The position numbers and the translations under genes were made by a program. The notes below the pieces were generated by a model. It was not told the DNA's origin and ran no database searches. It worked only from the letters and a program-made list of their open reading frames with translations. Shown piece by piece: positions 10,031 through 16,352 of a DNA stretch of 16,352 nucleotides. Positions within the stretch are counted from its first letter, which is position 1, and every line of letters begins with the position of its first letter. The DNA comes from Octopus sinensis (Eukaryota): NCBI RefSeq assembly GCF_006345805.1, contig NW_021825162.1, positions 1 to 16,352 of the forward strand. Direction: 5' to 3'.

Positions 10031-10170
10031 CCTGATCATAATGGCAGCCATTGCGTTACAGAAATTGAGTCACGTGTGTCACGTGACAATATTTTCCTTT
10101 GTGATGGTTATATAATACGCACCACATATACGTGCATATGTGTGTGTGTACGTATCTATCTTTGAGTGTG

Positions 10171-10298
10171 TGTATATATATATACATATATATATATATA
10201 CATATATATATATTACATACATATATATATGCATATATATATATACATATACATATATTATATATACATATATATATATATATATCATATACATATAC

Positions 10299-10352
<54 letters not shown>

Positions 10353-10670
10353 CATATATATACATATATATATATACCATATATATATATACATATATAT
10401 ACATATATATATACATACATACATATATATATATATACATATACACACGTGTGTATTATATATCCTGCATACAGTAAAGCAGTCACGTGATACACCTGAT
10501 ACAATTGTATACGAATATCTATGTTAGTGATTCTGTACATACATATATATATATATATGCAGGTGTGTGTGTGTGTGTGTATGTGTTGTGTTTGTACGTC
10601 TGTATGTGTGTGTATGTGTATGTGTATATGTGAGTGCCTGTGAGTATCTGCGAGCGTGTATGTGTATATG
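10171..10670. repeat. (TA)n/(TATACA)n field (10171-10450) and (TG)/(TATG) tract (~10541-10670)
   Basis: Direct reading. Confidence 0.93.
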
Positions 10671-10757
10671 TGGTCTGTATCGATATTATACATATTTTCT
10701 CGTCTCATGCTATCGTTCTCTTCTGAAAATCGGCTTAAATGTTCTTAGAGCGGGATT

Positions 10758-10876
10758 GTAGTGGTAGTGGTAGTGGTGGTTCTGGTTCTGGTGGTAGTGC
10801 TGATAGTGGTAGTGATGGTGGGGGAGTAACAGCAGTAACAGTAGTGATAGATTAAGTTGATGATCGTCTGAGTGAC

Positions 10877-10945
<69 letters not shown>

Positions 10946-11111
10946 GTTATTATTATTATTATTATTATTTCACTTATTATTATTATTATTATTATTATTA
11001 GTTCATTATTATTATTATTATTATATTATTATTATTATTATTATTATTATTATCATTATTATTATTTCGTTATATTATTATTATTATTATTATTAATATC
11101 TATTATTATTA

Positions 11112-11145
<34 letters not shown>

Positions 11146-11278
11146 ATTATATATTATTATTATTATTATTATTATTATATTATTATTATTTTATTATTGT
11201 TATTATTATTATTATTATTATTATTTCATTATTATTATAGATTTATTATTATTATTATTCTTATATTAATTTCATTAA

Positions 11279-11342
<64 letters not shown>

Positions 11343-11404
11343 CAATTATTATTATTTCGTTATTATTATTATTATTATTATTATTATCAATATCATTATT
11401 AATA

Positions 11405-11450
<46 letters not shown>

Positions 11451-11458
11451 ATCATTAT

Positions 11459-11489
<31 letters not shown>

Positions 11490-11667
11490 ATCATTATTAT
11501 TATTATTATTATTGTTATTGTTACTGTTGTTATATCATCATCATCATCATTATTGTTGTTATTATTATTATTACTATTATTATTATTATTAGCAGTAGTA
11601 GTAGTAATAGTACTAGTGGTAGTAGTAGTAGTATTAGTCATTGTGGTGGTAGAGGTGGTGGTGGTAG
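10758..11667. repeat. ~715-bp imperfect (TTA)n tract (10876-11590) flanked by (GTA/GTG)n tracts
   Basis: Direct reading; source of the poly-L/I/Y ORFs. Confidence 0.96.
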
Positions 11668-11679
11668 ATCTCCTCCATC

Positions 11680-12790
11680 CACCATATTTTCTATCTCTAC
11701 CTTTTCCATTCCTGCCTTACGTTTCTCTCTCTCTCCCTTTCTCTTTCCCCCTATGACCTCCCCCTCTCTCTCTCACTCTCATTTCTTCTCTAGCCCTCTT
11801 TCTATATCTTTTTCCTTTCCTCTCTTTCTTTCTCTATACCCCTCTACGTTTCTCTGTTTGTCTGTCTGTCTGTCAGTCTTCCTGCCCACTCTCTCTCAAT
11901 CTCTCTGTCATTATCGCCTTCTTCCCCTCTTACTTAAAAGAATAAGTGAGCTAGAATAAGAGAGCTCCATCTCTTTCTTCTTTATGAGTTCACCTCTCAA
12001 TTTCCTTCTATCCTTGTATGTCTGTCTGTCTGTCAGTTTATGTACCTGCCTGCCTGTCTCACTCTCTCTCTGCCTCTCTTTCTCTGCCTCTCTCTCTCTC
12101 TACTTCTCTCTCTCTCTGTCTGTCTCTCTGCCTCTTTCTCTCACCCCAATCCTTCCCTCCTCTCTATTTCACTCTCTCTCTCTCTCTGTCTGCCTCTCTG
12201 CCTCTTTCTCTCTCCCTAATCCTTCCCTCCTCTCTGTTTCGCTCTCTCTCTCTCTGTCTGTCTCTCTGCCTCTTTCTCTCTCCCCAATCCTTCCCTCCTC
12301 TCTATTTCACTCTCTCTCTCTGCCTCTCTCTCTCTGTGTCTGTCTGTCTCTGCCTCTTTCTCTCTCCCCAATCCTTCCCTCCTCTCTATTTCTCTCTCTC
12401 TCTCTCTCTCTCTCTGTCTCCTCCAGGGGGGCTTCATGCTTCTATCAATTCACCTCCCAAATTTCCGGTCTGTCTGATTGTCTGTCTATCGGTCTGTCTG
12501 CCTCTCTCTGCCTCTCTTTGCCTCTTTCTCTCACTCTTTCTCCCAAACTCCCCCTCTCTCACTCTGTCTCTCTCTATCCCCTCTAAGAGAGCTTCATATC
12601 TTTATCAGTTCCTCTTTTAAATTCGCCCAATCCTCAATCACTGTCTTTCAGTCTGTCTGTCAGTCAGTTTGTCTGTCTGTCCTGTCTCTCTCTCTCTCCC
12701 CACCTCCCCTCTTCCTCACTTTCTACCGCTTCCTCTATCTCACTTACCCTCTCTTCTCGCCACCATCACCTATCCTCTCACCTCCACATA
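11680..12790. repeat. Polypyrimidine (CT)n/(CTGT)n field containing a 4-unit 68-84-bp minisatellite
   Basis: Anchor AATCCTTCCCTCCTCTCT at 12148, 12218, 12286 and 12370. A second diverged anchor, GCT(T/C)CAT..T(T/C)TAT(C/G)A(G/A)TTC, occurs at ~11961, ~12429 and ~12587. Confidence 0.9.
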
Positions 12791-12969
12791 CGTATTGTGT
12801 TCTGCCGCACAAAAGTCTCGACTTTCAGTTTTATGTTTACGTTTCCAAGTCGTGCTGCCGTGTCTGTCTTGGATCAGGTGGGTTGAACTGTGGTGTATAG
12901 CGGCAGGAAGGGAAGAAGGGTGGGATGGAATCTTTGTGTCGAGGAATTCTGGGGTTTTAGAGGGATTGC

Positions 12970-13660
12970 GGAGGAGGGAGGTGTGATAATGTTCGTGGTG
13001 GTGGCGGTGGTGACGATGGAAACGATGATGGATGCTGCGGTTGTATTGGTGGTGGTGATATTGATGGTGGTGCTAGTAGTGGTGGTAGTGGTGGCGGTAG
13101 AGAGGATTGTGATGATCGTGGCGGTGGTGTTGGTAGAAGTGATGGTATTGGAGGAGAGCTGGCAGAACCGTAAGCACGCCGGGCGAAATGCGCAGCCGTA
13201 TTTCGTCTGCCGTTACGTTCTGAGTTCAAATTCCGCCAAGGTCGACTTTGCCTTTCATTCTTTCGGGGTCGATAAATTAAGTACCAGTTAAGCACTGGGG
13301 TCGATATAATCGACTTAATCCGTTTGTCTGTCCTTGTTTGTCCTCTCTATGTTTAGCCCCTTGTGGACAATAAAGAAACAGGTATTAGAGGAGATGGTAG
13401 CGGTGGTGCTAGTACTGGTCGTAGTAGATGTAGTGGTTATGGCGGTGGTGGCACTAGTAGAGAGGATTGGGATAATCATGGTGGTGGTGGTGATAGTTGT
13501 AGTGGGTCCGATGGTGGGCCTAGTGGTATTGGTGGTGATGACAGAGGAAGTTGTCGTGGTGGTAGCGGTGGTGGCGATGATAATGGAGGTTTCGTGGTGG
13601 TATTGATGGTGGAGTGGTGATGAGGTTGATATCACTATTATTTCTGCGTACAAGCGCCCT
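12970..13660. repeat. Degenerate (GGT/GAT/GTA)n field interrupted by a SINE
   Basis: Direct reading. Confidence 0.88.
13153..13380 (+). mobile_element. tRNA-derived SINE with Deu/Nin-type central domain (Octopus OR1-like by recollection)
   Basis: A-box-like AGCTGGCAGAACCG and B-box GAGTTCAAATTCC (13222-13234). GCCTTTCATTCTTTCGGGGTCGATAAATTAAGTACCAG matches the DeuSINE/Nin signature (GCCTTTCATCCTTCCGAGGTCGATAAAATGAGTACCAG). Ends in AATAAAGAAA. Confidence 0.88.
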
Positions 13661-13683
13661 TGTTGTATCTCCGGCTGTTTGAT

Positions 13684-13954
13684 TTTAGGGAGATTCGGCT
13701 GCTATTTCTAACAGATCGTGTGTTCACATACAAGCTCCCTCATTGTGTTTGACTTTAAGGAGGTTTGGCTGCTATTTCTAACATATCGTGTGGTCACATA
13801 CAAGCTCCCTCATTGTGTTTGACTTTAAGGAGGTTTGGCTGCTATTTCTAACAGATCGTGTGGTCACATACAGGCTCCCTCATTGTGTTTGACTTTAAGG
13901 AGGTTTGGCTGCCATTTCTAACAGATTCGTGGTCACATACAAGTCCCCTCATTG
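13684..13954 (+). repeat. 70-bp minisatellite, ~3.9 units, nearly identical
   Basis: GGCTGC(T/C)ATTTCTAAC at 13697, 13767, 13837 and 13907 (period 70). Confidence 0.96.
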
Positions 13955-14114
13955 ACTCGCCCTATAGTCATATTTATTACTACTTAGCCCAAGGTCAAAC
14001 CAGTTCTAAGTAGATGGCTATGATCAAATGCCTCCGAAACCAACTGTGACAATTACGTTATTTTTAATCTCTGCAGATTAAAGGCAGTAGCTCACTCAAT
14101 ATAGCCTTAATCTC

Positions 14115-16086
14115 TAAGACAATAGGATGTGTGATATGAGGGCAATGTAGTTGCTATTTTTAGATTATTGTTGCCGTTGTTGTTGTTGGTGGTGGTGGTT
14201 GCAGTTCTTGTAATGATGGTAGCTGTGTCAATAAATGGTAAATGGCATATTGTGGCTAAGACAATAGGTTGTGTAATTTGAGGGCAAATTGATTGCTATT
14301 TTTGGCTTGTCATTTCTGATTTTGGTATTGCTGTTGATGATGGTGATCGTTCTGGTCGTGATGGTAGCGGTTTCACTAAATTATAGATAACAGATTATGG
14401 ATAAAACAACAGGATGTATAATTTGAGAGCAATTTGTCTGCTAATTTTAGCTTATCATTATGGTATTGGTGGTAGTGGCAGCGGTCTCAGTAAATGATAA
14501 ATAACAGATTATGGATACAGCAACAGGATGTATAATTTGAGGGCAATTTATCTGCTAATTCTAGTTTGTCATTATGGTTGCTTTTGATTTTGGTGGTGGT
14601 GATGGTTCGGGTAGTGATGGTAGCGGTCTAAATAAATGATAGACACCGGATTGTGGATCAAACAACAAGATCCATAATTTGGTCGCAATTTGGCTGCTAT
14701 TTTTAGCTTGTTGTCGTTGCTCTTGATGCTGTTTGTGGTGATGATGATGGTATAGTTCTCTGGTCTCAATACATGGTTGATTATGGATAAGACAATAGGA
14801 TGTATAATCCGAGGGCAATTTGGCTGCTATTTTGAACTTGTAGCTGCCCTTGGTATTGATGATGGTAGTAATGTCACAGAATAATTTACGAGCGACGTTG
14901 GATAAGACAATAAACTGTGAGATTTGAGGGTAATTTGGCTGCTAGTTTTAACACGTGTCCTTGGTGGATTTCAAATCTGTAGGCAATTTGGCTACTATTT
15001 TTAGCTTGTGTTGTGGTTGCTCCTGGTGATAGTAGCAATGTCACTAAATAATGGATGACAATAGGCTGCAAAATTTGAGAGCTAATTGGCTGCTATTTTT
15101 AGATTGTGCTGTGGTTGATCTTGGTATTGGTGCCATTGAATAATACATGTCAGTGACGAAGGATAAGACAACAGGCTGTGAGATTTGAGGGCAATTTAGC
15201 TACTCTTTTTAGGCTGTATTGTTTTGGATAAGACAATAGGCCGTGAGATTTGAGGGGCAAATTGGCTACTAATTTTAGCTTTTGTTGTGGTTACTCTTAG
15301 CATTGGTGATGATAGCAATGTCCCTGAATATGAGAGGACGATGGATAAGACTATAGGCTATGAAATTTGAGGTCAATTTGGCTGCTATTTTCAGCACATG
15401 TTGCTGGATAAGACAATAGACCGTGAGATTTGAGGGCAATTTGGCTGCTACTTTGAGCTTGTTTTGTGGTTACTCTTGGCACTAAGGTTAACGTTAGGTA
15501 AGTCAATAGGCTGTGAGATTTGAGAGCAATTTGGTTGTTATTTCTAGCTTGTGTAGTAGTTGTCTTGGGATTGGTGTCACCGAAGAATAAACATCAATGA
15601 CGATAGATAACACATCAAACTGTGAGATTTGAGGGTAATTTAGCTACCCTCTTTAGGTTGCGTTGGTGCTGGTTAAGACAATAAGCCGTGAGATTTGAGG
15701 ACAATTTAGCTGCTATTTTGAGTTTGTGTGGTGGTTAATCTTAGCATTGGTGATGGTAGCAATGTCACGGAATAATATACGAGAGACAATGGATAAGACA
15801 ATAGCGAGAGTTGAGGGTAATTTAGCTACCCTCTTTAGGTTGTGTTGGTGCTGGTTAAGACAATAAGCCGTGAGATTTGAGGACAATTTAGCTGCTATTT
15901 TGAGTTTGTGTGGTGGTTAATCTTAGCATTGGTGATGGTAGCAATGTCACGGAATAATATACGAGAGACAATGGATAAGACAATAGCGAGATTTGAGGGT
16001 AATTTAGCTACCCTCTTTAGGTTGTGTTGGTGCTGGTTAAGACAATAAGCCGTGAGATCTGAGGGCAATTTAGCTGCTATTTTGAG
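14115..16086 (+). repeat. Array of 19 full + 1 partial ~49-bp conserved modules with 14-96-nt G/T-rich linkers; 182-bp higher-order repeat at the right end
   Basis: Consensus TAAGACAATAGGCTGTGAGATTTGAGGGCAATTTGGCTGCTATTTTTAG. Starts at 14115, 14257, 14402, 14516, 14658, 14788, 14903, (14981 partial), 15056, 15164, 15229, 15346, 15409, 15499, 15608, 15674, 15794, 15856, 15976 and 16038. Confidence 0.95.
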
Positions 16087-16352
16087 CTGCTGTCTTTAGG
16101 TTGTTGCTATTATTGCGGTTGCTGTTGTCGACGGTGATGGCAGCGATTCTAGTAGTGATGGTAGTGATGTCACTGAATGGTATATGGTAAATGGTGAATG
16201 GTGGATGATGGCTACTATAGGGGTGGCTTCTTAAATGGAAGACACAGTAGCAAGATCATGTTACACTAAAGGGTATTAGCTATGGAGGAGAATGGTTGGT
16301 ATTTAAACTCCTCAGTTGGCCTTCAGAACCCGTCTTTACAAGCTTTTTCAAC

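Larger units (their letters stand above)
9187..10168. repeat. Long inverted repeat: arms 9187-9301 and 10052-10168, ~750-bp spacer
   Basis: The reverse complement of 10052-10168 matches 9187-9301 with 3 substitutions and 2 small indels. The inner 44 nt are perfect. Confidence 0.95.

Noticed and set aside
1535-13653. Dozens of ORFs of 60-209 aa (YIHT, MYVC, poly-L/I/Y, SL-rich, V/G-rich)
   Set aside because: They are translations of stop-poor microsatellites, often open in several frames and on both strands, with no domain content.
14561-15071. Minus-strand ORFs in the module array as a repetitive protein
   Set aside because: Short, interrupted by stops, and unit lengths do not preserve frame.
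14115-16086. CRISPR array
   Set aside because: Eukaryotic context, no cas genes, and linkers that are mutually homologous, low-complexity and highly variable in length.

Overview
Eukaryotic, repeat-saturated non-coding DNA (intron or intergenic). No protein-coding gene, RNA gene or CRISPR array is supported; nearly all supplied ORFs are microsatellite translations. The SINE families and microsatellite landscape match what I recall of Octopus genomes (inference, no database search run). Contents: several tRNA-derived SINE copies from three head families, RTE-LINE-related remnants, and dense simple repeats. Three structures stand out. (1) A 2 x 172-bp tandem duplication abuts a Bov-A-like RTE segment (925-1439). 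(2) A ~115-bp inverted repeat about 750 bp apart (9187-9301 / 10052-10168) carries stacked E-box/AP-1 motifs, with a third decayed copy nearby. (3) A ~2-kb array of about 20 conserved 49-bp modules with variable G/T-rich linkers (14115-16086) grades into a 182-bp higher-order repeat and shares its core with a neighbouring 70-bp minisatellite. I see no firm evidence of a new biological system; these three are the best leads.
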